Below are positions 41,442 through 52,409 of a stretch of DNA of 59,903 nucleotides, piece by piece. The DNA lies in assembly GCA_041179705.1 (NCBI GenBank), contig JBEGSW010000002.1, positions 1 through 59,903 on the forward strand. The letters are read 5' to 3'. The notes beneath the pieces were generated by a model. It saw only the letters and a program-made list of their open reading frames with translations, did no database searches and was not told the DNA's origin. The number at the start of each line of letters is the position of its first letter. Position 1 is the first letter of the stretch. The stretch comes from Bacillota bacterium. GTDB taxonomy: Bacteria; Bacillota; Bacilli; Paenibacillales; JBEGSW01. The position numbers were made by a program, and so were the translations under genes.

Positions 41442-43774
41442 AAATCCCCCAAAGGTTTCACAAAAGCATGTTGAATAACTTCATCCATATGACTCACGGC
41501 GATAAATTGCATCGCTTCACGAATACTTTCTGGAATATCATCCAAGTCTTTTTCATTTTCTTTCGGTAACAAAACAGTCTTAATCCCCGCCCGATGTGCT
41601 GCCAACGACTTTTCCTTTAATCCACCAATCGGCAAGACGCGACCACGTAACGTGATTTCGCCTGTCATTGCTACTTCATGCGACACTTTCGTGTTCGATA
41701 AAGCAGAGATAATCGCCGTTGCCATCGTGATTCCAGCGGATGGACCATCTTTTGGAATAGCACCTTCTGGCACGTGGATGTGGATATCGAATTTCTCGTG
41801 GAAGCCTTCGGGTAAGTTGAACTGTTCTGCACGAGAACGAGTATAACTGAATGCAGCTTGTGCTGATTCTTTCATAACATCGCCAAGTTTACCTGTAAGG
41901 GTAAGTTTACCCGAACCTGGAAGGACTGTCACTTCAATGTTTAACGTATCGCCACCGACTTCTGTCCATGCGAGTCCAGTTACCGAACCAATTTGGTCTT
42001 CTGTCTCCGCTAATCCGAAGTGATACTTCGGTTTCCCTAGGTAGGCTTTTAGTTTCTCGTCATCCAGCACGACGGTTGTTGTTGGGTCTGCAACGACTTC
42101 TTTGGCCGTCTTGCGGCAAATCGCTGCGAGTTGTTGCTCCAACTGACGTACGCCCGCTTCACGTGTGTAATATCGAATCAATGGCAATAGTAAGTCATCC
42201 GAAATTTCGATTTGCTCATTTGTTAAGCCGTGATCTTTCGTTTGTTTCGGCAATAAATATTTTTTCGCGATTTGTTGTTTCTCCATTTCCGTGTAGCCCG
42301 GAATATATTGCATTTCCATACGATCCAGTAACGGACGTGGAATGTTGTGTACGGCATTTGCTGTCGTAATAAATAATACTTTAGACAAGTCGAATGGGAT
42401 TTCTACGTAATGATCGCTGAACGTGTTGTTTTGATTCGGATCAAGGACCTCGAGTAATGCAGACGCTGGGTCACCACGGAAATCATTTGCCATCTTATCA
42501 ATTTCATCAAGGAGCACAACTGGGTTGCGCGTACCGGCTTGCTTCAACCCTTGCATGATGCGTCCTGGCATTGCGCCAATGTACGTGCGACGGTGACCAC
42601 GAATTTCCGCTTCGTCTCGAACGCCACCAAGGGAAATGCGAATGAATTCGCGATTCAAGGAGCGCGCAATGGAACGCCCGATAGATGTCTTACCAACACC
42701 AGGGGGCCCTACGAAACATAAGATTGGACCCTTTAATTCACCCGCTAATTGTTGCACGGCTAAATATTCAAGGATGCGCTCTTTCGGCTTCTCCAGTCCA
42801 TAATGATCTTCGTTAAGAATTTGTTCCGCTTTGGCGATATCTAAGTCATCCTCAGACATCTTATTCCAAGGCAATGCTAACAATGTATCGACATAGGTGC
42901 GAACAACGCCACCCTCGGCCGAGGATGCTGGCATCTTTTCAAGGCGATCGATTTCTTTGGCGATTTTCTCACGAACGTGATCCGGTAGATCAGCCGCTTC
43001 TAATTGTTCACGAAGTTCTTCGACCTCACCCGAACGACCTTCACGATCACCAAGTTCTTTTTGGATCGCTTTCATTTGTTCGCGCAAGTAGTATTCTTTC
43101 TGCGTCTTTTCCATTTGCTTCTTTACGCGATGACCAATTTTACGTTCTAACTCAAGTACTTCGCGCTCGTTACCAAGGTAATCAATCAATTTCAAGAGAC
43201 GTTGTTGCACGTCCTGCGTCTCTAAGATGGTTTGCTTGTCCTTGATTTTTAATGACAAATGACTTGTAATCACATCCGCAAGTCGACCAGCATCGGTCAT
43301 ATCAGAAACCGCCGTAAATGTTTCCGGCGTGATTTTTTTCGATAAGTTGATGTAGTTCTCGAAAAGACCTAGCGCCGTGCGCATCAACGCATCGAGCTCG
43401 GCATTCGACTCTGTCGATTCCGGCCATTCTTGAATGATCACTTCATAAAACTCTTCTTCATCTGTATATTCCAAAATCTCAGCACGTGCCAGTCCTTCGA
43501 CCAAAACGCGGATTGTTCCATTCGGTAATTTCAACATTTGACGGACTTTCGTCAACGTACCGACATTATAAATATCTTCTTGTTGTGGTTCTTCTACATT
43601 TATCTCAGACTGCGAACTCAAAAACAGCAACTGATCATCGATCATTGCTTTCTCCAATGCTTTCACAGACTTTTCTCGACCTACGTCTAAATGCAATACC
43701 ATGCTTGGATAAACAAGCAACCCGCGCAATGGTAATAAGGGAATGCGGCGTTGATTCGCTTCATTCGTTCCCAT
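41438..43774 (-). CDS. lonA: ATP-dependent protease LonA
   Basis: LON N-terminal domain, Walker A motif GPPGVGKTS and the catalytic Ser context [14 protein letters not shown]. 778 aa. Confidence 0.95.
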   Translation of the reverse strand: MGTNEANQRRIPLLPLRGLLVYPSMVLHLDVGREKSVKALEKAMIDDQLLFLSSQSEINVEEPQQEDIYNVGTLTKVRQMLKLPNGTIRVLVEGLARAEILEYTDEEEFYEVIIQEWPESTESNAELDALMRTALGLFENYINLSKKITPETFTAVSDMTDAGRLADVITSHLSLKIKDKQTILETQDVQQRLLKLIDYLGNEREVLELERKIGHRVKKQMEKTQKEYYLREQMKAIQKELGDREGRSGEVEELREQLEAADLPDHVREKIAKEIDRLEKMPASSAEGGVVRTYVDTLLALPWNKMSEDDLDIAKAEQILNEDHYGLEKPKERILEYLAVQQLAGELKGPILCFVGPPGVGKTSIGRSIARSLNREFIRISLGGVRDEAEIRGHRRTYIGAMPGRIMQGLKQAGTRNPVVLLDEIDKMANDFRGDPASALLEVLDPNQNNTFSDHYVEIPFDLSKVLFITTANAVHNIPRPLLDRMEMQYIPGYTEMEKQQIAKKYLLPKQTKDHGLTNEQIEISDDLLLPLIRYYTREAGVRQLEQQLAAICRKTAKEVVADPTTTVVLDDEKLKAYLGKPKYHFGLAETEDQIGSVTGLAWTEVGGDTLNIEVTVLPGSGKLTLTGKLGDVMKESAQAAFSYTRSRAEQFNLPEGFHEKFDIHIHVPEGAIPKDGPSAGITMATAIISALSNTKVSHEVAMTGEITLRGRVLPIGGLKEKSLAAHRAGIKTVLLPKENEKDLDDIPESIREAMQFIAVSHMDEVIQHAFVKPLGDL

Positions 43775-43907
43775 GCGTTACCCCTCCAACACAATTTCAT
43801 TTTTCTATATTTCTTCATTATAACGAAACGAAAATCAAAAAACCAATCACACTAGGCAGAGTATCCCCTATTCGATAACCACCTACTCAGAAAATCAAAT
43901 TGCTCAA

Positions 43908-43944
43908 CAAAAAAGAGGCTGCCAATTCATATCGGCAACCTCTT
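43908..43944 (-). terminator. terminator after ispG
   Basis: Stem AAGAGGCTGCC/GGCAACCTCTT with one mismatch, followed by a T run on the minus strand. Confidence 0.6.
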
Positions 43945-43950
43945 GCATAA

Positions 43951-45048
43951 TTAATGCTCACGTCCAGGAATCTTACCCGTACGTTCGTATTCAGCTACAA
44001 TAATGTCAATTTCTTTCTTAAGCTCGTCCACCAGTTCGGCTTCAGGCACTTTGCGGATCATTTCCCCGTAACGGAATAACATTCCCTCACCGCGTGCACC
44101 GGCAATCCCAATGTCTGCTTCGCGCGCTTCGCCCGGACCATTAACCGCACAACCTAGTACAGAAACTTTTATCGGCACTTTGACTTTCTCCAAATAAGCT
44201 TCCACCTCATTGGCAACAGAGAATAAATCAATATCAAGTCGCCCACATGTTGGACAAGAAACTAACGTCGCCGCATTAGAAATAAGACCGAATGATTTCA
44301 ATAACTCGCGACCAACTTTGATTTCTTCCACAGGGTCAGCACTTAATGAAATGCGAATCGTATTCCCGATTCCCATCGCAACCAATGCGCCCAGACCAGC
44401 AGCACTTTTCACTGTGCCTGAGAATAATGTACCGGCTTCTGTAATCCCCAAATGCAGAGGGTACTTAATCACTTCAGCAGCTTTCGTGTAAGCTGCAATG
44501 GCCATCGGTACATCCGAAGCTTTTAACGAAACAATGATGTCATGGAAGTCCAATTCTTCTAAAATTCCGATGTGGAACAACGCACTTTCAACCATCGCTT
44601 CCGGAGTTGGATAGCCATATTTCTCAAGCAAATGACTCTCCAAAGAACCTGCATTAACACCAATTCGAATTGGGATTCCCTTCGCTTTACATGCGTTAAC
44701 TACTGCTTCGATCCGATCGCGCTTCCCAATATTTCCTGGATTGATGCGAACTTTATCAACGCCATTCTCAATCGCAGCAAGCGCAAGGCGGTAATCAAAA
44801 TGAATATCAGCCACAAGCGGAATATGAATTCGCTTCTTGATTTCCTTGATTGCAGCAGCTGCTTCTTGGTTATTTACCGTGACACGTACTACCTGACAAC
44901 CCGCTTCTTCTAGACGCAAAATTTCAGCTACAGTCGCTTCAACATCTGCCGTCTTTGTCGTACACATACTTTGGAGAATGATTTCGTTACTACCGCCAAT
45001 CGTCAAATTACCGACGCGAACGGGAACTGTCTGTGATCGATGATACAT
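43951..45048 (-). CDS. ispG: 4-hydroxy-3-methylbut-2-en-1-yl diphosphate synthase (GcpE)
   Basis: TIM-barrel N-terminal half and a 4Fe-4S cysteine cluster (VSCPTCGR ... GCAVNGPGE). 365 aa. Confidence 0.9.
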   Translation of the reverse strand: MYHRSQTVPVRVGNLTIGGSNEIILQSMCTTKTADVEATVAEILRLEEAGCQVVRVTVNNQEAAAAIKEIKKRIHIPLVADIHFDYRLALAAIENGVDKVRINPGNIGKRDRIEAVVNACKAKGIPIRIGVNAGSLESHLLEKYGYPTPEAMVESALFHIGILEELDFHDIIVSLKASDVPMAIAAYTKAAEVIKYPLHLGITEAGTLFSGTVKSAAGLGALVAMGIGNTIRISLSADPVEEIKVGRELLKSFGLISNAATLVSCPTCGRLDIDLFSVANEVEAYLEKVKVPIKVSVLGCAVNGPGEAREADIGIAGARGEGMLFRYGEMIRKVPEAELVDELKKEIDIIVAEYERTGKIPGREH

Positions 45049-45128
45049 AACTAGCGTGCCTCCCTTAAGTTCAATAAACGCCGAAAGCCACCGTTCAAGT
45101 AGACGATGGTTTCGGATTTAATCTGCAA

Positions 45129-46385
45129 TTATGCACTTTCTTCTTTCTTCGCTGGCGTCTCTTCACGAAGCGTTAATTCTGGTGGTAATTTCTCTTTCAC
45201 CGATTGCTCAGTAATGAGACAGCTATCCACATCTGAACGGGATGGAACGTCGAACATCACATCAAGCATAATACTCTCTAAGATGGCACGAAGTCCACGC
45301 GCACCTGTATTTCGCTTGATTGCTTCTTTCGCAATTGCCTCAAGTGCAGCAGGTTCAAATTGTAATTCTACATCATCCAACTCAAGCAACTTCTGATATT
45401 GCTTCACTAGCGCATTCTTTGGTTCAGTCAAAATGCGTACAAGCGCAGCTTCATCAAGTGGCTCTAGTGTTGAAATAACCGGTAGACGACCTACGAATTC
45501 CGGAATTAATCCGAACTTCAATAAATCTTCCGGTAATGCAAGGGATAGATATTCACCCGGTTTCAAGTCTTTCGAAACCGTATCACTATTAAACCCAATC
45601 ACTTTCTTGCCAATACGACGCTTGATGATTTGCTCTAACCCATCAAATGCACCGCCGCAAATGAACAGAACATTGGACGTATCAATCTGAATGAACTCCT
45701 GATGCGGATGCTTTCGACCACCTTGCGGAGGAACGGAGGCAACCGTACCTTCAAGAATCTTCAACAGTGCTTGTTGAACACCTTCACCAGAAACGTCACG
45801 CGTGATTGATGGATTCTCGGATTTACGCGCTACCTTATCAATTTCATCAATGTAAATAATCCCGCGCTCGGCTTTCTCTACATCGTAATCTGCTGCTTGA
45901 ATTAATTTCAATAAAATGTTCTCAACGTCTTCACCAACGTAACCCGCTTCTGTTAAAGAAGTGGCATCAGCAATTGCAAATGGAACATTAATAATCTTCG
46001 CTAATGTCTGTGCTAACAATGTCTTACCAGACCCTGTTGGTCCAACAAGCATAATATTACTCTTCGACAATTCTACATCTTCGGATTTGTTGTTGCCGTT
46101 GATGCGTTTGTAGTGGTTATAGACCGCAACCGCTAAAGACTTCTTCGCATGATCTTGTCCAATGACATAGGAATCAAGAATGTCGCGAATTTGTTGCGGC
46201 TTCGGAATTTCTTTCAATTCGAACTCTTCTTCATGACCAAGTTCTTCTTCCACGATTTCTGTGCACAATTCAATACACTCATCGCAAATATATACGCCAG
46301 GTCCAGCTACTAATTTCTTTACTTGTTCTTGGGCTTTGCCACAGAACGAGCATTTCAACTGACCTTTATCTTCATTGAATTTCAC
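45129..46385 (-). CDS. clpX: ATP-dependent Clp protease ATP-binding subunit ClpX
   Basis: N-terminal zinc finger CSFCGK...CDECI, Walker A motif GPTGSGKT and an IGF-loop region. 418 aa. Confidence 0.95.
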   Translation of the reverse strand: MKFNEDKGQLKCSFCGKAQEQVKKLVAGPGVYICDECIELCTEIVEEELGHEEEFELKEIPKPQQIRDILDSYVIGQDHAKKSLAVAVYNHYKRINGNNKSEDVELSKSNIMLVGPTGSGKTLLAQTLAKIINVPFAIADATSLTEAGYVGEDVENILLKLIQAADYDVEKAERGIIYIDEIDKVARKSENPSITRDVSGEGVQQALLKILEGTVASVPPQGGRKHPHQEFIQIDTSNVLFICGGAFDGLEQIIKRRIGKKVIGFNSDTVSKDLKPGEYLSLALPEDLLKFGLIPEFVGRLPVISTLEPLDEAALVRILTEPKNALVKQYQKLLELDDVELQFEPAALEAIAKEAIKRNTGARGLRAILESIMLDVMFDVPSRSDVDSCLITEQSVKEKLPPELTLREETPAKKEESA

Positions 46386-46408
46386 GCGATTCTCACTCCT
46401 TTTCTCTG

Positions 46409-46999
46409 CTATTTCAATTCGTTGCCTGTAATTACAGCATCAATTAAGCCGTATGCCTTCGCTTCTTCCGCACTCATAAAGAAGTCGCGGTCCGCATCTT
46501 TCTCAATCTTGTCATAATCTTGACCAGCATGTTTCACGTAAATATCATATAACTTCGCCTTCGTCTTCAAAATCCAATCCGCTTGAATCTTAATGTCTGA
46601 AGCCTGTCCGCGTGCACCACCAAGTGGCTGATGAATCATCACTTCACTGTTAGGTAATGCAAAACGCTTGCCCTTCGCACCAGCTGTCAACAAGATGGAG
46701 CCCATGCTTGCTGCCATACCCACGCAAATTGTAGATACGTCCGGCTTAATGAATTGCATCGTATCATAAATCCCAAGGCCAGCCGTTACAGATCCGCCCG
46801 GGGAGTTAATGTACAAATAAATATCCTTCTCAGGATCTTCCGCTGCTAAAAATAATAATTGTGCAATCACAACATTGGCAACATCATCATCAATTGCACT
46901 GCCGAGAAAAATGATGCGATCTTTCAACAGACGGGAATAAATATCATAGGATCGCTCACCGCGACTCGTCTGTTCAACAACCATAGGAATTAAACTCAT
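46409..46999 (-). CDS. clpP: ATP-dependent Clp protease proteolytic subunit
   Basis: Catalytic Ser context GMAASMGS and His context IHQPLGG. The ATG at 46999 has an AAGGAG RBS. Confidence 0.95.
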   Translation of the reverse strand: MSLIPMVVEQTSRGERSYDIYSRLLKDRIIFLGSAIDDDVANVVIAQLLFLAAEDPEKDIYLYINSPGGSVTAGLGIYDTMQFIKPDVSTICVGMAASMGSILLTAGAKGKRFALPNSEVMIHQPLGGARGQASDIKIQADWILKTKAKLYDIYVKHAGQDYDKIEKDADRDFFMSAEEAKAYGLIDAVITGNELK

Positions 47000-47087
47000 G
47001 TGATACACTCCTTTTCTCACCTTGATGTATTACTATTTTATCATTTTGTTTAGGTTACACAAGCGAACACGCGAAACCTTTAGAGAG

Positions 47088-47119
47088 AAAAAAATAAGGC
47101 ACGTACAACGACGTGCCTT
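47088..47119 (-). terminator. terminator after tig
   Basis: 9-bp stem AAGGCACGT/ACGTGCCTT with a 6-nt loop, followed by A plus a T7 run on the minus strand. Confidence 0.8.
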
Positions 47120-47150
47120 ACTGGTTAGTACACTCTATTCAACGGTTAAA

Positions 47151-48431
47151 TTAGTTATTACCAACTAATAGTTCAACTGTCTTTTTCGTTGCGATATCGG
47201 ATTTCAATTGTGCCAAGTTACCGTTAGCGGAGAAGATTTGCTTCAACTCTTCTACAGTACGGTTGTAAGCTGCTGCAAGACTTACCAATTCAGCTTCAAC
47301 GTCTGCATCAGTCACTTCGATGTTCTCAGCTTTACCGATTGCTTCCAATACCAATGTGTTCAAAACGCGCTTTGCAGCATCGTCTTTCATTTGTTCTTTC
47401 AAAGATTCTTCGGATTGACCGGAGAACTGATAGTACATTTCAAGGTTCATTCCTTGCATGCCAAGACGGTTACCGAAATCTTTAATCATGTTCTCGATTT
47501 CATCTTCGATCATGACAGCTGGAATTTCAACTTTCGCATTAGCTGCTGCTTGTTCAACTACCGCATTTTCTTTGTAAGCTTTCGCTTCTTGATCTTTACG
47601 GGATTGCAATTTCGCAGCGATATCTTTCTTGTACTCTTCTAATGTGTCGAATTCACTTACATCTTTCGCGAACTCATCGTCAAGTGCTGGCAATTGCTTG
47701 CGCTTGATATCATGCAATTGTACTTTGAATGTTGCGTCTTTGCCTTTTAACTCTTCGGATTGGTAAGCTTCAGGGAAAGTAACATTAACATCTTTGCTTT
47801 CGCCTTTCGCAAGTCCAACTAATTGATCTTCGAAACCTGGGATGAAAGAACCGCTACCCAACTCAAGGTTGTAACGCTCAGCTTTACCACCATCAAATGC
47901 TACGCCATCAACGAAGCCTTCGAAATCAATTACAACTGTATCACCCTCAGCTGCTGTGCCTTCTTCAACAACGATTAACTCAGCATGACGCGCTTGCATG
48001 TTGCTCAATTCTTGCTCAACATCTGCATCGGATACTGTGAAATCTTTCTTTTCTACTTTAAGGCCTTTGTACTTACCAAGCTCAACTTCTGGTTTCACTT
48101 GTACTTTCGCTGTGAACTTCATCACTTCGCCTTTCGCAAATGTCTCAACATCTACTTCAGGACGGTCAATCGGCTCAATGCCAGTCTCAACTAATGCAGC
48201 CATATATGCTTCAGGCAAGATAATGTCGATTGCTTCTTGGTATAAGCTTTCTACACCAAATTTCGCTTCGAACATACCACGAGGCATTTTCCCTTTGCGG
48301 AAACCTGGTACGTTAACTTGGTTTACAACTTTTTTGAATGCGCGATCTAGTGCTTCAGCAACTTTATCCGCCCCAACTTCTACTGTTAATACGCCTTCAT
48401 TCTTTTCTAACTTTTCCCAACTTGCTTTCAT
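47151..48431 (-). CDS. tig: trigger factor
   Basis: Ribosome-binding N-terminal domain (GFRKGKMP), a central FKBP domain (DFEGFVDGVAFDGG) and a C-terminal chaperone domain. 426 aa. Confidence 0.95.
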   Translation of the reverse strand: MKASWEKLEKNEGVLTVEVGADKVAEALDRAFKKVVNQVNVPGFRKGKMPRGMFEAKFGVESLYQEAIDIILPEAYMAALVETGIEPIDRPEVDVETFAKGEVMKFTAKVQVKPEVELGKYKGLKVEKKDFTVSDADVEQELSNMQARHAELIVVEEGTAAEGDTVVIDFEGFVDGVAFDGGKAERYNLELGSGSFIPGFEDQLVGLAKGESKDVNVTFPEAYQSEELKGKDATFKVQLHDIKRKQLPALDDEFAKDVSEFDTLEEYKKDIAAKLQSRKDQEAKAYKENAVVEQAAANAKVEIPAVMIEDEIENMIKDFGNRLGMQGMNLEMYYQFSGQSEESLKEQMKDDAAKRVLNTLVLEAIGKAENIEVTDADVEAELVSLAAAYNRTVEELKQIFSANGNLAQLKSDIATKKTVELLVGNN

Positions 48432-48570
48432 CTTATACTTCCTTTCTGAACTTTCCGCTTGTCTGCGAACGTCATTAAAAATTATTTAAATGCAAGAAAT
48501 GCATCGGTATACCAAAACTACGTGAATGGACCCAAAAGTCCACCCTTCCTATAATAGCGAGATTGCCTTC

Positions 48571-49425
48571 TTATTTCAAGGTTTTCATAAATTCAATTGC
48601 ACCAAGTAATCGTTCGGGTTCGATGTCCTGAAGCTCATAGAAACCAGCTAGCGATTCAATATCAAATTCACCATGCACTAACTCTGCTACACGTGTGTGA
48701 AGCAAGAACGCCCATAATGCCGGTTCTTCATTCATACGTTCCAACCATTCTTGGAATTCCGGAGAGCCAAATTGCAAGACATAATAGGACATCCACCAAC
48801 TTGGAATCATCTCCATCACGCTTGGATCTTGTTGTTCCGCCACTTGAAACGCAAGCCCACCGACTTCCGCCCAGATTGCTGGATAACCAGATTCATCAAT
48901 GGCAATCGCCTCGGGGTCAACCGTCACGGCATTCCCATACTTAATCATTCGAATCGGCTCACTGTGTCCAAGACGTCGAAGTTCCTGGAGCGCCATCCAT
49001 TGCACGAACGGTTCGCGTTCAACCTTCTCCAACCACTTCAGTAACATTGGCTGCAATAACGGGTACTCCAACAAGCCCAGTTGTTCTAAGGCGTAAGGAC
49101 GTAAGTCATCGCCTTCAATAAACATCTCAACCAATTTATCGATATAATCTTCATCTTTGTCCGCTTTTTGCAAGGCAATCTGTCGCATCACATCACGTTC
49201 GGTCAATGCCGGCTCATCCACTAACTCAGGGAATTCAGTCTCCAATACGACTCGCAGTTGCTCCCACTCTTGCTTCAACTGTGTATCTTTCAGTTCACAA
49301 TTCTGCAAAAAGCGTAACAAAGCAATCGCTTCACCGAACTGTTCTTCTTTCAAACAGTCACTCAGCTGATTGCGATACTGCTCAACCATGATGGGTAATA
49401 AAAACAATTTTTCCGATTGTGACAC
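48571..49425 (-). CDS. hypothetical acidic helical protein (at the position of B. subtilis ysoA)
   Basis: 284 aa. The GTG start at 49425 has an AGGGGGG RBS 8 nt upstream. One TPR-like helix pair (EEQFGEAIALLRFLQ). No confident family. Confidence 0.6.
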   Translation of the reverse strand: MSQSEKLFLLPIMVEQYRNQLSDCLKEEQFGEAIALLRFLQNCELKDTQLKQEWEQLRVVLETEFPELVDEPALTERDVMRQIALQKADKDEDYIDKLVEMFIEGDDLRPYALEQLGLLEYPLLQPMLLKWLEKVEREPFVQWMALQELRRLGHSEPIRMIKYGNAVTVDPEAIAIDESGYPAIWAEVGGLAFQVAEQQDPSVMEMIPSWWMSYYVLQFGSPEFQEWLERMNEEPALWAFLLHTRVAELVHGEFDIESLAGFYELQDIEPERLLGAIEFMKTLK

Positions 49426-49452
49426 GCGTTGCGCCCCCCTAACTAAAGGTAT

Positions 49453-49483
49453 AAAAAAAGTCCCCTTCCATTCGAGAGAGGAC
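49453..49483 (-). terminator. terminator after tRNA-Arg
   Basis: Imperfect GC stem GTCCCCTT/(G)AGAGGAC followed by a T7 run on the minus strand. Confidence 0.5.
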
Positions 49484-49505
49484 CTAAGTTGCGAAAATAT
49501 TAGAG

Positions 49506-49579
<74 letters not shown>

Positions 49580-49718
49580 ATAACAAGCATTGTTTATACT
49601 ATCACAGCATATTGGCAAAATCAATACGATTTCACACCGTTTGGCCCCCTCTGACATGATGAAAAAACGGCGCGCATAAACTAGTGCCATCCTTACAAAT
49701 TTGAAAGGAGGGATTGCG

Positions 49719-51554
49719 ATGTGTGGAATTGCAGGTTGGGTCGACTGGAAACGCGATTTAACAAAAGACCCCTCCCTCATTGAGGCAATGGGCGAGACAT
49801 TAGCCCCCCGTGGACCCGATGCAAAAGGCACATGGTTAACCACCAACTGCGCCTTAGCCCATCGTCGATTAAGTGTGATGGATCCGGCAAATGGGGCGCA
49901 ACCAATGATTCGCATCCACGCCGGAAACACCTACGTAATCGTCTATAATGGCGAGATCTATAATGCTACGGAACTTCGCAAAGAATTAAAATGTCGCGGG
50001 TATTCGTTTAGCACTTCCTGTGATACCGAGGTTGTCCTTTTTGCAACCATTGAATGGGGACCTGATGTGCCAGAAAAATTGAATGGCATATTTGCATTTG
50101 CTGTGTGGAATCACAATGAACAAACAGTGTTGCTCATTCGCGATCGCGTCGGTGTGAAGCCGCTGTTTTACAGTGAATACGCTGGCCGACTCCTCTTCGG
50201 TTCAGAACCAAAAGCAATCTTGGCACACCCTGAGTTCCAGGCCTCCGTTAATGCAGAAGGACTTGCCGAACTTTTTGCGATTGGTCCCGCTCGAACGCCT
50301 GGCCATGGCATTTTTGTTGGGATGCATGAATTACGACCTGGTTGGGCGATGCTTTATTCGCGCAATGGGGTGAAGCAGTGGCCCTATTGGAAGCTAGAAG
50401 CGAAACAGCATAGCGATGATCTCGATCAAACCGTCCGCGCCGTACGCGAACTCTTGCTCGACACGGTCGAGCGCCAACTCATCTCAGACGTTCCACTTGG
50501 TACGTTACTTTCCGGTGGGCTCGATTCAAGTGCGCTCACAGCCATCGCCCATCAGCACATCGCACACAACGGTGGACCCGCCTTGCAAACCTACTCTGTT
50601 GACTACATTGATCAAGCAGAACACTTCAAAGCAAATCTATATCAACCGAACGCAGACCGCCCATGGATTGAAATCATGACCAATCATCTCCAAACCGATC
50701 ATCATTTCATCGAATTCGATACCCCCGACTTAGTAACTGCCCTGCACGAAAGTATGGTTGCACGCGATTTGCCTGGGTTGGTCGATGTGGATAGCTCGTT
50801 GATGCTGTTTTGTCGGGAAATTAAAAAGAACATCACTGTGGCCATCTCTGGTGAAGCGGCAGATGAGGTATTTGGTGGGTACCCCTGGTTTCATCGGGAG
50901 GAAAGTTTGCAGGCCAATACGTTCCCGTGGTCGCTGAAATTGAAAGATCGGATTAGCTATTTATCTAAGCAAACGGTCGATTGGCTGGAGCCCGAACGGT
51001 ATGTGGCTCGTCGCTATGAAGAGGCGTTGGCAGAAGTGCCAACTTTGTACGGGGAGTCGGAGCAAGCTGCTCGCATGCGGATAATGTCGTATTTGAATAT
51101 CACGCGATTTATGCCGACGTTGCTTGATCGAAAAGACAGGATGAGTATGCGGTCGGGGTTAGAGGTGCGTGTACCGTTTTGCGATCATCGTCTGATTGAA
51201 TATGTCTTTAATGTGCCATGGGAATTCAAAACGGTCGGCGATCGGGAAAAAGGTCTACTCCGTTTGGCAGTTGAACCCTATTTGCCGGAAGCGATTCGCA
51301 ACCGAAAGAAGAGTCCGTATCCGAAGACACATAATCCAAGTTATACGGCGGCGGTGCAAAGTCTTTTGTTCGAGCGTCTGGCTGATGCCAACTCGCCGAT
51401 TGCACCTTTCCTGGACGTGACCCGTCTGCACGAACTTGCGAAGTCGGATGATCCGCTCCCGTGGTTCGGACAACTGATGGCTGGCCCGCAATTGTTCGCC
51501 TACTTATACCAAATCGACGATTGGCTACGGACATACAAAGTGAGCATTGTGTAG
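49719..51554 (+). CDS. asnB: asparagine synthase (glutamine-hydrolysing)
   Basis: MCGIAGW Ntn-glutaminase N-terminus with catalytic Cys2, and the PP-loop SGGLDSS. The ATG at 49719 has an AAAGGAGGG RBS. Confidence 0.9.
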   Translation: MCGIAGWVDWKRDLTKDPSLIEAMGETLAPRGPDAKGTWLTTNCALAHRRLSVMDPANGAQPMIRIHAGNTYVIVYNGEIYNATELRKELKCRGYSFSTSCDTEVVLFATIEWGPDVPEKLNGIFAFAVWNHNEQTVLLIRDRVGVKPLFYSEYAGRLLFGSEPKAILAHPEFQASVNAEGLAELFAIGPARTPGHGIFVGMHELRPGWAMLYSRNGVKQWPYWKLEAKQHSDDLDQTVRAVRELLLDTVERQLISDVPLGTLLSGGLDSSALTAIAHQHIAHNGGPALQTYSVDYIDQAEHFKANLYQPNADRPWIEIMTNHLQTDHHFIEFDTPDLVTALHESMVARDLPGLVDVDSSLMLFCREIKKNITVAISGEAADEVFGGYPWFHREESLQANTFPWSLKLKDRISYLSKQTVDWLEPERYVARRYEEALAEVPTLYGESEQAARMRIMSYLNITRFMPTLLDRKDRMSMRSGLEVRVPFCDHRLIEYVFNVPWEFKTVGDREKGLLRLAVEPYLPEAIRNRKKSPYPKTHNPSYTAAVQSLLFERLADANSPIAPFLDVTRLHELAKSDDPLPWFGQLMAGPQLFAYLYQIDDWLRTYKVSIV

Positions 51555-51583
51555 GTGTAGGCCAAACGGAGCAGACTTCGGAG

Positions 51584-51775
51584 AATAACGGCCAAATCGA
51601 CCACTATTTTTACGGATTTACCGCCACACACGAAAATAACGGCCAAATCGACCACTATTTTTATCATTTTGGACGAATTCCCCTATAAATCAGAATTTAA
51701 TGGTCGTTTTGGACGCTATTCCACGGAAAAGTTACTTTTCAACTAATTTAGTGGTCGTTTTGGACGCTATTTCCA
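51584..51775. repeat. composite intergenic repeat: two 29-nt direct repeats, then two copies (27/28 nt identical, 20-nt exact core) of a diverged inverted version, all with a 51-bp period
   Basis: AATAACGGCCAAATCGACCACTATTTTTA occurs at 51585-51613 and 51636-51664. TGGTCGTTTTGGACGCTATT occurs at 51702-51721 and 51753-51772. The reverse complement of the second type matches the first at about 22 of 28 positions. Confidence 0.85.
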
Positions 51776-51780
51776 CAAAA

Positions 51781-51822
51781 AAAGAGATTGGGCAGACGAC
51801 TTGTCGTCCGCACAATCTCTTT
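51781..51822 (-). terminator. terminator-like long hairpin after rdgB
   Basis: Outer stem AAAGAGATTG/CAATCTCTTT and inner stem GACGAC/GTCGTC, with a T-rich tail on the minus strand. Convergent with asnB. Confidence 0.5.
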
Positions 51823-51827
51823 CGTAT

Positions 51828-52409
51828 TTATAAAGTTAACTGGCTGATTAAACGCTTAAGTGCAAGCGCGCGATGACTGATGGCATTCTTCTCTTCCATG
51901 GTCAATTCCGCCATTGTGTGGCCGTATTGTTCCACATAGAAGATTGGATCATAGCCAAAGCCACCGGTACCGCGTCGCTCCGTAATCAGTTCACCTTCAC
52001 ATTCACCACGCACAACAACTTCTTGCTCACCATCGACATACGCCAACACGCAGACATATTGCCCTGGACTAGTATCGCCTTTTAGCTCCGCTAGTACCTT
52101 CGCTAGATTGGCTTCGTCCCCTGCGTTCTCCCCTGCATAGCGAGCAGAGTACACACCAGGTGCACCACCCAATGCATCGACGCATAATCCTGAATCATCC
52201 GATACGACAGCTACGCCCAATGCTTTCGAAAATTCACGCGCCTTCTTAAGGGCATTCCCTTCAAATGTATCTGCGTCCTCCACAACATCCGGTAATGTCG
52301 CATCAATATCATCAATGCCCTTTACCTCGTAGCCATTTGGCTCAAGCATCGCCCGAAACTCCTTCAATTTCCCTTTATTACGTGTCGCAACAACAACGAC
52401 TTTACTCAT
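51828..52409 (-). CDS. rdgB: dITP/XTP pyrophosphatase (RdgB/HAM1 family)
   Basis: VVVATRNKGKLKEF N-terminus and the FGYDPIF motif. Start and stop codons overlap those of rph. Confidence 0.9.
   Translation of the reverse strand: MSKVVVVATRNKGKLKEFRAMLEPNGYEVKGIDDIDATLPDVVEDADTFEGNALKKAREFSKALGVAVVSDDSGLCVDALGGAPGVYSARYAGENAGDEANLAKVLAELKGDTSPGQYVCVLAYVDGEQEVVVRGECEGELITERRGTGGFGYDPIFYVEQYGHTMAELTMEEKNAISHRALALKRLISQLTL

Noticed and set aside
45221-45235. DnaA-box-like CTATCCACA inside clpX, and parS-like TTTCACGTG inside hemA (about 35775).
   Set aside because: Each is a single, imperfect, intragenic match consistent with chance. There is no clustering that would suggest an origin or a centromere site.
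47021-47150. CtsR box (GGTCAAA repeats) or CIRCE element upstream of clpP and lonA.
   Set aside because: I looked for GGTCAAA/TTTGACC repeats and for TTAGCACTC-N9-GAGTGCTAA in 47021-47150 and 43775-43950 and found none. No heat-shock operator is claimed.
49719-51554. The AsnB homologue as a lasso-peptide cyclase or other RiPP enzyme.
   Set aside because: It retains the N-terminal catalytic Cys2 glutaminase domain (MCGIAGW) typical of true asparagine synthases. It also has no adjacent precursor peptide, B-protein protease or transporter. The transglutaminase-like gene is 7 kb away in a different operon.
51461-51688. ORF 51461-51688 (+), encoding ENNGQIDHYFY twice.
   Set aside because: It starts inside asnB in another frame, and its repetitive part simply translates the 29-nt direct repeat. 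There are no translation signals.
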